Below are positions 10,715 to 19,803 of a DNA stretch of 64,000 nucleotides, one piece after another. Every line of letters starts with the position of its first letter. Within the stretch, counting starts at the first letter, position 1. The notes under the pieces were generated by a model. It did not search any database and had not been told where the DNA came from. It saw nothing but the letters and a program-made list of their open reading frames with translations. Both the position numbers and the translations under genes were made by a program. This stretch comes from Planktothrix tepida (GTDB taxonomy: Bacteria; Cyanobacteriota; Cyanobacteriia; Cyanobacteriales; Microcoleaceae): NCBI RefSeq assembly GCF_904830955.1, contig NZ_LR882970.1. One strand, 5' to 3'.

Positions 10715-12117
10715 ATGACGGTTCACCATCCTCCTGCTTTAAATCAACCCAGTGCTTATTATGTGCTGATGCTGGCAATTGTGGCAGCCCTTGGCGGTTT
10801 CTTATTTGGTTTTGATACCGCCGTCATTAATGGTGCTGTCGGAGCATTAGGGAAAGAGTTTCAAGCCAATAGTTCACAAATCGGATTGGCAGTCTCTTCT
10901 GCTTTATTGGGGTCAGCCGTCGGAGCCTTCTTTGCGGGCCAGATCGCTGATCGCTACGGACGAATTAAAGTCATGATCTCGGCTGCTGGACTGTTCTTAA
11001 TGAGTGCGGTGGGCTCTGGTATTGCATTCACCATTTGGGATTTCATGGTTTGGCGATTAGTGGGCGGGTTAGCCGTTGGGGCGGCGAGTGTAATTGCTCC
11101 AGCTTATATTGCAGAAGTCTCACCAGCCCATCTGCGGGGTCGCCTCGGTTCTCTCCAACAACTTGCGATTGTGATCGGTATTTTTGCCGCGTTACTTTGT
11201 GACTATTTTATTGCGTTAGGGGCTGGAAGTGCCGAAGCCCCGTTTTGGTTTAATATTCCGGCTTGGCGTTGGATGTTTTGGACAGAGATCCCTCCGGCTA
11301 TCCTCTACGGAATTGGATCATTGAAAATTCCTGAATCTCCCCGTTATTTAGTCGCTCAAGGTCGAGAAGCAGAAGCTGAGGTGATCTTAGCGCGAGTGGT
11401 TGGGGGAGATACTCAAACTAAAGTGATGGAAATCCGGGCTTCGGTGGTGCGAGAAACCAAGCCTCGATTGTCAGATTTGCTGGGTCGTCACGGACTATTA
11501 CCTGTGGTATGGATCGGAACAGGGTTATCGGTGCTGCAACAGTTAGTGGGAATTAACGTAATTTTCTATTACAGCAGTGTGTTGTGGCAAGCTGTGGGCT
11601 TTTCTGAACAGGATTCTTTGTGGATTACGGTAATTACCAGTGTGACCAATATTATTACTACCCTCGTTGCTATTTCTGTGGTGGATAAGTTTGGCCGCAA
11701 ACCGTTATTGATTCTGGGTTCGATTGGCATGACCATCACGTTAGGAACTCTGGCGACTGTGTTTGGAAGTGCGCCCCTAGATGCGGCTGGAAATCCCAAT
11801 TTAACCGGAAACGCTGGACTCATTGCCCTATTCGCTGCGAATATCTACGTTTTTTGTTTCGGCTTTTCTTGGGGCCGGTGGTGTGGGTGATGTTAGGAGA
11901 AATGTTTAATAATCGGATTCGCGGTGCCGCTCTTTCCGTGGCAGCTACAGCCCAATGGATCGCTAATTTCGTTGTCTCCACAACGTTTCCGCCCCTCAAG
12001 GATGTGGGGTTAGGGTTTGCTTACGGTTTATATGCAACGGCGGCGGCGATTTCTCTATTTTTTGTTCTCCTACTCATCAAGGAAACACGAGGTAAGGAAC
12101 TGGAAGAAATGGTATAG
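10715..12117 (+). pseudogene. MFS sugar porter (GlcP-like), reading frame broken by a 1-nt frameshift near 11870
   Basis: ORF 10715-11890 encodes TM1-10 of a sugar porter (GFLFGFDTAVINGA, GRIKVM, PESPRYL). ORF 11854-12117 in the +1 frame continues with the canonical ...GPVVWVMLGEMFNNRIRG... motif and the last helices. Joining them requires one extra C in ggcc/ggtg (expected tgg ggc ccg gtg gtg tgg). This is either a true pseudogene or a sequencing error. Confidence 0.75.
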
Positions 12118-12322
12118 CGTGGAACAGGCATCTTGCCTGTTAAGTAGGGTGTCGGGTGTGCAATCATATTACTTTTTTTAATATAAAAAACTTCAATACA
12201 AGGAAATATTAATATAAACGGCTCGACAAATCTTTAACAGTAGGTTATTATAACTATATGGTTATAAAACCAAATAACGAGACACCGAACCTCGAAAAAT
12301 ACATACGCAATACATAACTCCA

Positions 12323-13405
12323 ATGACAACAACCATTCAACAGCAGTTAAGAGGAAACCCATGGGAGCGGTTGTGCAACTGGATCACCAGCACCGAAAAC
12401 CGCCTCTATGTGGGTTGGTTTGGGATTCTGATGATTCCAACTCTGCTTGCTGCTACCATCTGTTTCGTTCTGGCTTTCGTTGCTGCACCCCCCGTTGATA
12501 TCGACGGCATCCGCGAACCCGTGTCCGGTTCACTGCTCTACGGAAATAACATCATCTCGGCTGCGGTGGTACCGAGTTCCAATGCAATTGGTTTGCACTT
12601 TTATCCCATCTGGGAAGCCGCTAACGTCGATGAATGGCTTTATAACGGTGGCCCTTACCAATTGATTGTCTTTCACTTCCTGATCGGCATCTTTTGTTAC
12701 ATGGGTCGAGAGTGGGAACTCTCCTATCGCTTAGGAATGAGACCTTGGATCGCCGTTGCCTATAGTGCTCCTGTGGCGGCTGCAACTGCGGTGTTGCTGA
12801 TTTATTCCATCGGTCAAGGTTCTTTCTCCGATGGTTTACCCCTGGGAATTTCCGGCACATTCAACTTTATGCTCGTTCTGCAAGCCGAACATAACGTTTT
12901 AATGCACCCCTTACATATGTTGGGTGTAATGGGAATTTTTGGTGGTGCTTTATTCTGTGCAATGCACGGATCGTTAGTGACTTCTTCTTTAGTTCGTGAA
13001 ACCACCGAAAACGAATCTTTAAACTGTGGTTACAAATTCGGTCAAGAAGGAGAAACCTACAATATTGTTGCAGCCCACGGTTACTTTGGACGTTTAATCT
13101 TCCAATATGCCAGTTTCAACAACAGCCGCAGCTTACACTTCTTCTTAGGCGCTTGGCCTGTCGTTGGCATCTGGTGTGCGTCTCTGGCGGTGGCTTGCTT
13201 CGCGTTTAATCTGAATGGTTTTAACTTTAACCAGTCCTTACTGGATTCAGAAGGTCGCGTGATCAATACCTGGGCGGATGTGATCAACCGTGCCAACTTA
13301 GGGATTGAAGCCATGCACGAACGCAACGTCCATAACTTCCCCTTAGATTTAGCATCCGGTGCATTGACTCCTGTGGCTTTAGTTGCCCCTTCTATCAACG
13401 GTTAA
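12323..13405 (+). CDS. psbA: photosystem II protein D1, divergent isoform (D1'-like substitutions G80A/F158L/T286A)
   Basis: 360 aa. Gapless alignment to canonical D1. All Mn4Ca ligand positions are retained (D170, E189, H332, E333, D342, A344). E130 is present. Position 80 is A, 158 is L, 286 is A. There are additional clustered changes at 285-293 (CASLAVACF versus FTAMGVSTM). Confidence 0.97.
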   Translation: MTTTIQQQLRGNPWERLCNWITSTENRLYVGWFGILMIPTLLAATICFVLAFVAAPPVDIDGIREPVSGSLLYGNNIISAAVVPSSNAIGLHFYPIWEAANVDEWLYNGGPYQLIVFHFLIGIFCYMGREWELSYRLGMRPWIAVAYSAPVAAATAVLLIYSIGQGSFSDGLPLGISGTFNFMLVLQAEHNVLMHPLHMLGVMGIFGGALFCAMHGSLVTSSLVRETTENESLNCGYKFGQEGETYNIVAAHGYFGRLIFQYASFNNSRSLHFFLGAWPVVGIWCASLAVACFAFNLNGFNFNQSLLDSEGRVINTWADVINRANLGIEAMHERNVHNFPLDLASGALTPVALVAPSING

Positions 13406-13421
13406 TTTTTAACCCACGCTA

Positions 13422-13458
13422 ACAAAAGACGCTCTCCGAAAGGAGGGCGTTTTTTTGT
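13422..13458 (+). terminator. rho-independent terminator of psbA
   Basis: gacgctctccgaaaggagggcgttttttt: an 8-bp stem (1 G.U pair), GAAA loop and a T7 run, 17 nt after the psbA stop. Confidence 0.75.
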
Positions 13459-13741
13459 GGTTAAATTTGGGTGTCGGTTGTCGGGAAGAACAAAAGGTGA
13501 GGAGGACTTTTGAAACCAGAAAGCCGCAGAAGTTGACGAGAAAACCGACTTTTGTTTCAGAATATACAAAAGCTGACATAATAAATAAATTATCTCTCAA
13601 CCCTTTTAAATCGATTTGAACCCATTTTGTGGTACAGACCGAGTTGAGGAGCCTGGGTACAATGCTTGTACTTGCAATGATTCTTTACAATCGTTAACAA
13701 TAAGTATCAGCCCCTTAGATAAACAGGAGAGTGGACGCTCT

Positions 13742-14488
13742 GTGTTCCAACGCTTGAAGCAGGACTTAAAAAATGACTTGATTGCAGGTCTGTTGGTCGT
13801 GATTCCTTTGGCAACCACGATTTGGTTGACCATCACCATCTCCAGTTCTGTGATTGAGTTTCTGACCCGCATTCCTAAGCAAATTAATCCCTTTGATGGT
13901 TTGCATCCGATTTTAGTCAACCTGCTTAATGTTTTGGTCGGGTTGGCAGTACCCCTGTTAGGGATATTATTTATCGGTTTAATGGCTCGCAATATTGCTG
14001 GACAGTGGCTTTTGGCTGTGAGCGAAAAAATCTTACAAGCCATTCCCTTAGCGGGTTCGGTTTACAAAACTCTCAAACAACTTTTAGAAACCCTTTTACG
14101 AGATTCTAATGATAAATTTCGTCGTGTGGTTTTAGTTGAATATCCCCGTCGAGGAGTTTGGTCACTGGCTTTTGTAACGGGTTCGGTCAACCGCGATATC
14201 CAGTCAGAATTGTCTGAGGAAATGGTGAGTGTGTTTATTCCCACTACCCCGAACCCCACCAGTGGATGGTATGCTATTGTTCCAGAACATGAGGTACTCA
14301 ACCTCACTCTTTCAGTAGAAGATGCGTTTAAAATTATCGTATCTGGTGGGATTGTTAATTCAACATCCTCATCGGTAAAAGCTCTTCCTCCTAAACCCAA
14401 TCCTAAATTAGAACCCCTTCTTCCCAGCGAAAATAGATTGCAATCTATTGTCCTAGAAGATGAGGGCGTTGGGATTAGTGAAAATTAA
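13742..14488 (+). CDS. DUF502-family membrane protein
   Basis: RLKQDLKNDLIAGLLVVIPLATTIWL is the characteristic DUF502 N-terminus. The ORF is open from 13616, but the likely start is GTG 13742, preceded by AGGAGA about 11 nt upstream. Coordinates of the start are uncertain. Confidence 0.6.
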   Translation: MFQRLKQDLKNDLIAGLLVVIPLATTIWLTITISSSVIEFLTRIPKQINPFDGLHPILVNLLNVLVGLAVPLLGILFIGLMARNIAGQWLLAVSEKILQAIPLAGSVYKTLKQLLETLLRDSNDKFRRVVLVEYPRRGVWSLAFVTGSVNRDIQSELSEEMVSVFIPTTPNPTSGWYAIVPEHEVLNLTLSVEDAFKIIVSGGIVNSTSSSVKALPPKPNPKLEPLLPSENRLQSIVLEDEGVGISEN

Positions 14489-14700
14489 CGGATTAGAGTT
14501 TAGATTCATTAAACGTTCAAGGGTTGGGGAAAATTCCCTAATAATAACCCCTTATTTTTTTGACTAGACTAAAGTGGTGATTCCAATTTCAAGTTTTTAC
14601 ACTCATTAAAGTGTGAAAAATTCTAAATTTTTCCTGAATTTTCAGGGATTCTTCTTTAATGTTGTGGTTCCCTATTCCTTATTCTTAAATTCTTAAACTT

Positions 14701-15342
14701 ATGCAAGCTCGTCGTACTGCTCGTGAACTCGCTTTACTGGGAATTAGTCAACTCCCAGCAACTTCAGAGCGCCTAGAACCTCAAGAATTACATGATGTTT
14801 TAATTGCTGCTGTCAGAACCTTGACTGCTGAAGGTCAAGAATCTTTAGAAACGGCTGTTTCTGAGTTACAACGCAGTAGCGATCGCCTTTTAGGAAGCCA
14901 AATTCGGGCGAATGATTTAGACATTGCACGAGCGATGGTACATGAAGCCATTGAATTAGTTCAAGGCGCGATTAATCGCTTAAGTACCGCCCTGGAATTA
15001 CCGGAATTAGTTCAACTGGCAAATCAACAAGAAGTCCGGGATTATGCCCTTGATATTTTAATTCAAGTCAATAGCCATAAAGCTGAAATTGATCAGTTGT
15101 TAACCGATGCTATGGTAGATTGGCAACTGAATCGACTCGCCCGTATTGATCGAGATATTTTACGAATTGCCGTTGCCGAATTAATGTATTTAAACTTAAA
15201 AGAACAAGTGGCAATTAATGAAGCGATTGAACTGGCAAAACGCTACAGCGATGAAGAAAGTTATCGCTTTATTAATGGTGTTCTACGTCGATTTGTCGAT
15301 AAATTAAAAACGACTGTTCCAGAATTAACAGTTGAGAGTTAA
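14701..15342 (+). CDS. nusB: transcription antitermination factor NusB
   Basis: 213 aa. ARRTARELALLGISQL N-terminus. The long cyanobacterial NusB form, immediately upstream of ftsY (conserved nusB-ftsY pairing). Confidence 0.85.
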   Translation: MQARRTARELALLGISQLPATSERLEPQELHDVLIAAVRTLTAEGQESLETAVSELQRSSDRLLGSQIRANDLDIARAMVHEAIELVQGAINRLSTALELPELVQLANQQEVRDYALDILIQVNSHKAEIDQLLTDAMVDWQLNRLARIDRDILRIAVAELMYLNLKEQVAINEAIELAKRYSDEESYRFINGVLRRFVDKLKTTVPELTVES

Positions 15343-15403
15343 CCGTCAACAGCTATCATAATTTCAGGGGGATTTCTCAAAACCCAAACTGTTCCCTCTT
15401 ATC

Positions 15404-15445
15404 CTGATAACTGATAACTGATAACTGATAACTGATAACTGATTC
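15404..15445. repeat. STRR-like heptanucleotide tandem repeat (CTGATAA)x6
   Basis: Direct reading of ctgataactgataactgataactgataactgataactgatt in the nusB-ftsY spacer. Confidence 0.9.
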
Positions 15446-15471
15446 CAGCCAACAAATATTAAATAAATCCT

Positions 15472-17049
15472 ATGGTATTTAATTGGTTTCGTCGTCAATT
15501 TAATGAAAAAACGGATCAAACTCAGGAGTCACAACCAGAGGTTAAATCTGAACCTGAAAAGGTAGAGAAACCGACTGAAACAGCCGTAGAGACGAGCGCG
15601 TCTCCACCCGCACCTCAAATTGCTGAAGATTATTTACAGTGGGCAAAAGCGGCTTATCAAAATATTCAAAAACAACAGGAACCCGAACCTGAACCCGAAC
15701 CCGAACCTGAACCTGAACCCGAACCTGAACCTGAACCTGAACCCGAAGCTATCACAGAGCCGGAAGTTGAACCAACGGTTTTAACCCCAGAAATACCAGA
15801 GGCGGAAGCGAGTATTGAAACGGTTGTAGAAGTAGCTGAAACGGACGTAAAAGTACCCGAACCCGTTGTCACCCCTCAAACCGATACAACTCAGTCAGAA
15901 ACCCTAGAAACGTCCGAACCCTTGCCATTTTGGGCAACAGCAGCTACGGAACGTCAAGCCAGGGTGGAACGGTTAAAAGAAACCGCCATTGAGGAAGAAG
16001 AACCCGAACCCAGCGAAACGGCATCCTCAAACGCAGGAATGGTGTTTGATGAGATGTTTATGTGGTCGGCCCAGGTCTTAGCGGATCAAGGTCGTCGTCC
16101 CGATGAAGTTGCTTTAGAAGAAATTACCTGGTTACAGAAACTCTGGAAAGCGTTAGGACGGACACGACGCAACTTACTCAACCAATTAAAAGCGATTGTT
16201 GGTCAAGGCCCCTTAAATCAACAAGCTGTTGATGAAATTGAATCCATGCTATTACAAGCGGATGTGGGTGTAGCCGCAACGGATCGCGTGATTGAAGCGT
16301 TACAAAGTAAACTCCGCCAAGAAGCCTTACCCCCAGAACAAGCGATCGCTTATCTCAAACAAATTTTAAGGGGAATTTTAGAAGAACCCTTTGAAAAGGG
16401 GTATCCCATTACCTTTGCACCAGAGAAAGATACCTTAAATATTTGGTTAGTCACCGGAGTCAATGGAGCCGGGAAAACCACAACGATTGGCAAAATTGCC
16501 CATTTAGCCCAAAAATCCGATTATCGGTGTTTAATTGCTGCTGGAGATACCTTTCGAGCAGCAGCCGTTGATCAGGTGAAAGTTTGGGGCGATCGCAGTG
16601 GCGTTGAAGTCGTGGCGAACCCCGGAAAAAATACCGATCCGGCGGCGGTGGTTTATGATGCCATTGAAGCAGCCAGAGCCCGAAATACAGAATTATTAAT
16701 TATTGATACAGCCGGCCGCTTGCAAAATAAAAAGAATTTAATGGAGGAACTCAATAAAATCCGTCGAGTGATTGATAAACGCGCCCCAGAAGCCAAAATA
16801 CAATCATTATTAGTTTTAGATTCTACCTTGGGCCAAAATGGGTTACGACAGGCGGAAGTTTTTTCTGAAGTTGCTCAACTCAGTGGGGTGGTCTTGACAA
16901 AACTTGATGGAACTGCTAAAGGTGGTGTTGCCCTAGCGATTGTCCAACAACTCGGCTTACCGATTCGATTTATCGGAGTTGGGGAAAGTATCGAAGATTT
17001 GCGCCCCTTTTCCAGCTACGAGTTCATTGAAGCCCTCTTAAGTGGGTAG
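15472..17049 (+). CDS. ftsY: signal recognition particle receptor FtsY
   Basis: C-terminal NG domain with GVNGAGKTTTIGKIA (G1), DTAGR and TKLDGTAKGG motifs. Acidic N-terminal domain containing a (PE)n tract. Confidence 0.92.
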   Translation: MVFNWFRRQFNEKTDQTQESQPEVKSEPEKVEKPTETAVETSASPPAPQIAEDYLQWAKAAYQNIQKQQEPEPEPEPEPEPEPEPEPEPEPEAITEPEVEPTVLTPEIPEAEASIETVVEVAETDVKVPEPVVTPQTDTTQSETLETSEPLPFWATAATERQARVERLKETAIEEEEPEPSETASSNAGMVFDEMFMWSAQVLADQGRRPDEVALEEITWLQKLWKALGRTRRNLLNQLKAIVGQGPLNQQAVDEIESMLLQADVGVAATDRVIEALQSKLRQEALPPEQAIAYLKQILRGILEEPFEKGYPITFAPEKDTLNIWLVTGVNGAGKTTTIGKIAHLAQKSDYRCLIAAGDTFRAAAVDQVKVWGDRSGVEVVANPGKNTDPAAVVYDAIEAARARNTELLIIDTAGRLQNKKNLMEELNKIRRVIDKRAPEAKIQSLLVLDSTLGQNGLRQAEVFSEVAQLSGVVLTKLDGTAKGGVALAIVQQLGLPIRFIGVGESIEDLRPFSSYEFIEALLSG

Positions 17050-17100
17050 AGATATGAAAGATGTAAAGTGTGAGGGAAGAATGTGCAGAGTGCAAAGAAG

Positions 17101-17214
17101 CAGTCAGCAGTCAGAAGTCAGAAATTAATTATTTCTCCCCTGCGGTCACTGCTCCCCCTGCTCCCCCTGCTCCCCCTGCTCCCTGCTCCCTGTTCCCTGT
17201 TCCCTGTTCCCTCA
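17101..17214. repeat. cluster of STRR-like short tandem repeats: (CAGTCAG)3, (GCTCCCCCT)3, (GTTCCCT)3
   Basis: Direct reading. The GTTCCCT units are the reverse complement of the AGGGAAC/AGGGAAT repeats at 19588-19680 and 23847-23886. Confidence 0.85.
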
Positions 17215-17222
17215 AACTGAAC

Positions 17223-18695
17223 ATGACAGCCTTGCCCCTACCCAGACGCTCCGATCAATTTGCTGACTCGATTTCGGGTTCTGCAACACCAGAGACCACA
17301 CCAGTTTTCACCCTGAAAGAACTGGTGGCGCGTTTGCATCGAGAACAGCAAAACGTGAACGAGTTGTTAAGTTCCTTGGGGTATGCCCTGCGTAGCTTCA
17401 ACAACCTGAATCAATTTTTAGAGTTAACTCCCTTAGTAGCCAGTCGGGTAACAGATGCCGATGGGGGAGCATTAGTCCTATTTAAACCCAACGGACAAGT
17501 CCGATTTCAACGGCTCCATTGTCAGGAAGGACGCCAGTGTCAAGATATTCGACAAGCAATTGAAACTGTGACCCGACAAATCTCGTTGATGCCAAAAACC
17601 AGCCTGGGAGACTTGTCTGAATCGGCTTTACAAACCTATACAGCGAATTTAGATTATCAGGTGAGTCGCTACCTGGGTTCTGATGTGCAGCTATTTGGCA
17701 CACCAATTTTGGTCAATAATACGGAACGGGGACGGCTATATGTTTTTAGTCATGATGCCAATTACGTTTGGACACCGACCCGTCAAAAATTAATTCGATT
17801 AGTCGCGGATCAAACCGCCGTTGCGATCGCTAATGATGAGTTAGCAACATCCCTGCGGGAAAAAGAACGCTTAGATCGAGAGTTAGAAATTGGGGCAGAA
17901 ATTCAGTTACAATTACTACCTCGAAAATGCCCGACTATCCCCGGTTTAGATATTGCTGCCCAATGTCAAACGGCTAACCGAGTGGGTGGGGATTATTATG
18001 ATTTTATTCCCTCTAATTTTGACAAACGGGGTGATCATCCCTCTATTCATCAGGATGAACGCTGGAGTATTGTGATTGGGGATGTCATGGGTAAAGGAGT
18101 TCCGGCGGGTTTAATTATGACCATGACACGGGGAATGCTGCGGGCTGAAGTTCTAAACCGCCATTCTCCGGCTCAAATTTTGGGGCATTTGAATCAAGTC
18201 ATGTATGCGGATTTAGAAAACTCTAACCGCTTTGTGACGTTATTCTATTCAGAATATGATCCGGCAACTCGAATGTTGTCCTATAGCAATGCCGCTCACC
18301 ATCCCCCGTTATTATGGCAAGTAGCAACGAATACTATTCGACGGTTAGATACTCTGGGAATGTTGATTGGTTTAGATGCGGATAGTTGCTATTATGAAGC
18401 TCAAATCCAACTTTCTCCTGGGGATACCCTAATTTATTATACGGATGGATTTACCGATGCTATGAATCAACGGGGCGATCGCTTTGATGAGGAAAATCTT
18501 AGTAAAGCTTTTCATTGGGCGTGTCAAAATTGTAGAAATCCCCAATTGATTCTGGAATATTTGTTTGAACAAGTTCAACAATTTATTGGTTCAGGAAATC
18601 GAAATGGAGATGATATGACCCTTGTGGTGTTGCAAGTTCAACCCAACAACGGAGGTAATCTTGATGATCACGGTTCTGATACTGAATCCTATTGA
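17223..18695 (+). CDS. GAF-domain sensor fused to PP2C-type (SpoIIE/RsbU-like) serine/threonine phosphatase
   Basis: The C-terminal PPM domain is recognisable. Its first metal-binding Asp is in GGDYYDF, and further conserved Asp/Gly blocks are in VIGDVMGKG, YTDGFTD and GDDMTLVV. An upstream GAF-like region is present. Start is set at ATG 17223 (MTALPLP...) because 17070-17222 is heptamer-repeat DNA. Confidence 0.8.
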   Translation: MTALPLPRRSDQFADSISGSATPETTPVFTLKELVARLHREQQNVNELLSSLGYALRSFNNLNQFLELTPLVASRVTDADGGALVLFKPNGQVRFQRLHCQEGRQCQDIRQAIETVTRQISLMPKTSLGDLSESALQTYTANLDYQVSRYLGSDVQLFGTPILVNNTERGRLYVFSHDANYVWTPTRQKLIRLVADQTAVAIANDELATSLREKERLDRELEIGAEIQLQLLPRKCPTIPGLDIAAQCQTANRVGGDYYDFIPSNFDKRGDHPSIHQDERWSIVIGDVMGKGVPAGLIMTMTRGMLRAEVLNRHSPAQILGHLNQVMYADLENSNRFVTLFYSEYDPATRMLSYSNAAHHPPLLWQVATNTIRRLDTLGMLIGLDADSCYYEAQIQLSPGDTLIYYTDGFTDAMNQRGDRFDEENLSKAFHWACQNCRNPQLILEYLFEQVQQFIGSGNRNGDDMTLVVLQVQPNNGGNLDDHGSDTESY

Positions 18696-19000
18696 TGGAG
18701 TTAATAGTTTTTATCACAGTTTAGACTTGATAACCCAAGCCCCGATTTTAGCTCAACAAGTGGATGTGGATATTGTTGCTGATTTTGTCAGAACTTGGAA
18801 CCATATCTTGAAAACAGGTCAACTCTGGGCATTTTTTATTGGGGTAGTTGCCGGATGGAGCCTTAAGAGTTTATTACCTTGAATATTAGGGACAAGGAGA
18901 AGGAAAGGGGAGCAAGGGGAGAAGAGGAGGGGGAGGGGAAATCATTAGCTTCTGGCTCTGCACTTGGTACTCAATAAAAGGCAATAGTCAATACCCCTGT

Positions 19001-19510
19001 TCAGGTTTCTTTCTTCGGGCAATAATTCACTAATTCTTTAAATAAAGCTTCATTTTGAGAAGCAGTTTGTTTGGCTTTTTCTCCGACTTCTTGGACGGTT
19101 TGTTGCGCTTGTAAGAGTTGTTGTTTTCCCTCTGGGGTAATAGAGGCTTTCTCCGCAGTCGTTAAGGTTTCACCGAGTTGTTTGAGGCTGTTGGATAGGT
19201 CTCTAAATTGTTGGGTAGCGTTTTTTTGAATGGTTTGTAAAGGTTTATCTTGAATTTTTAAGGTTTCAATGTCCTGAGAAATTTGATTTAATTGTTGTGA
19301 GAGTTTTAGGGTTGTTATTGCATCCCCTTGAGGACTGAGATTAACCACTAAGGTTTGACCTTCACCAATAGCACTAATCAGTTTTGTACATTCGGCAGAT
19401 TTACTGCTACAACTAATGAGGGAAAAGGCGATCGCAACAACAGCCACGATCCTTATAGGAATGGAAAAAGATAAAGAAGATTGAAAATGCAAGTCCTCAG
19501 AAGGTTTCAC
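19001..19510 (-). CDS. putative lipoprotein, Gln-rich coiled-coil (unknown function)
   Basis: Signal peptide ending in lipobox LISC. The remainder is low-complexity and Q-rich. Confidence 0.45.
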   Translation of the reverse strand: MKPSEDLHFQSSLSFSIPIRIVAVVAIAFSLISCSSKSAECTKLISAIGEGQTLVVNLSPQGDAITTLKLSQQLNQISQDIETLKIQDKPLQTIQKNATQQFRDLSNSLKQLGETLTTAEKASITPEGKQQLLQAQQTVQEVGEKAKQTASQNEALFKELVNYCPKKET

Positions 19511-19587
19511 AAGATTTTAGGATATTCAACCTCAACTATTGTGCAGTGTTCTGGGTAGAAAATCAAGGGTTATTTTTAAGATCTAGT

Positions 19588-19680
19588 AGGGAACAGGGAA
19601 TAGGGAATAGGGAATAGGGAATAGGGAATTACGAATTACGAACCGGGAACAGAAGGGAAAAGAAAATAGGGAATAGGGGG
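19588..19680. repeat. STRR-like heptamer repeats (AGGGAAT/AGGGAAC)n followed by (TACGAAT)2
   Basis: Direct reading of agggaacagggaatagggaatagggaatagggaatagggaattacgaattacgaa... Confidence 0.85.
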
Positions 19681-19803
19681 TGAGAAAAAGTGATTAGCCA
19701 TCTGACAATTATTTGTAGCCAATATTTAAGGACTTCATATTACGAATAGAGTGCGTGCGCTGTGGGGAGCGAAGCGAAGGATCACGCACCCTATTGTATT
19801 GGG

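Noticed and set aside
10585-10815. 76-aa ORF overlapping the start of the MFS transporter
   Set aside because: It is an out-of-frame overlap with a strongly supported transporter N-terminus and has no features.
13606-14400. 145-aa and 112-aa minus-strand ORFs
   Set aside because: They are antisense to the DUF502 membrane protein gene and have no motifs.
15666-15872. 68-aa (GS)n ORF on the minus strand
   Set aside because: It is antisense to the (PE)n-encoding microsatellite in ftsY.
17070-17222. N-terminal 51-codon extension of the PP2C phosphatase (MREECAECKE...PAPPAPPAP...)
   Set aside because: It is encoded by STRR heptamer repeats. The preferred start is ATG 17223.
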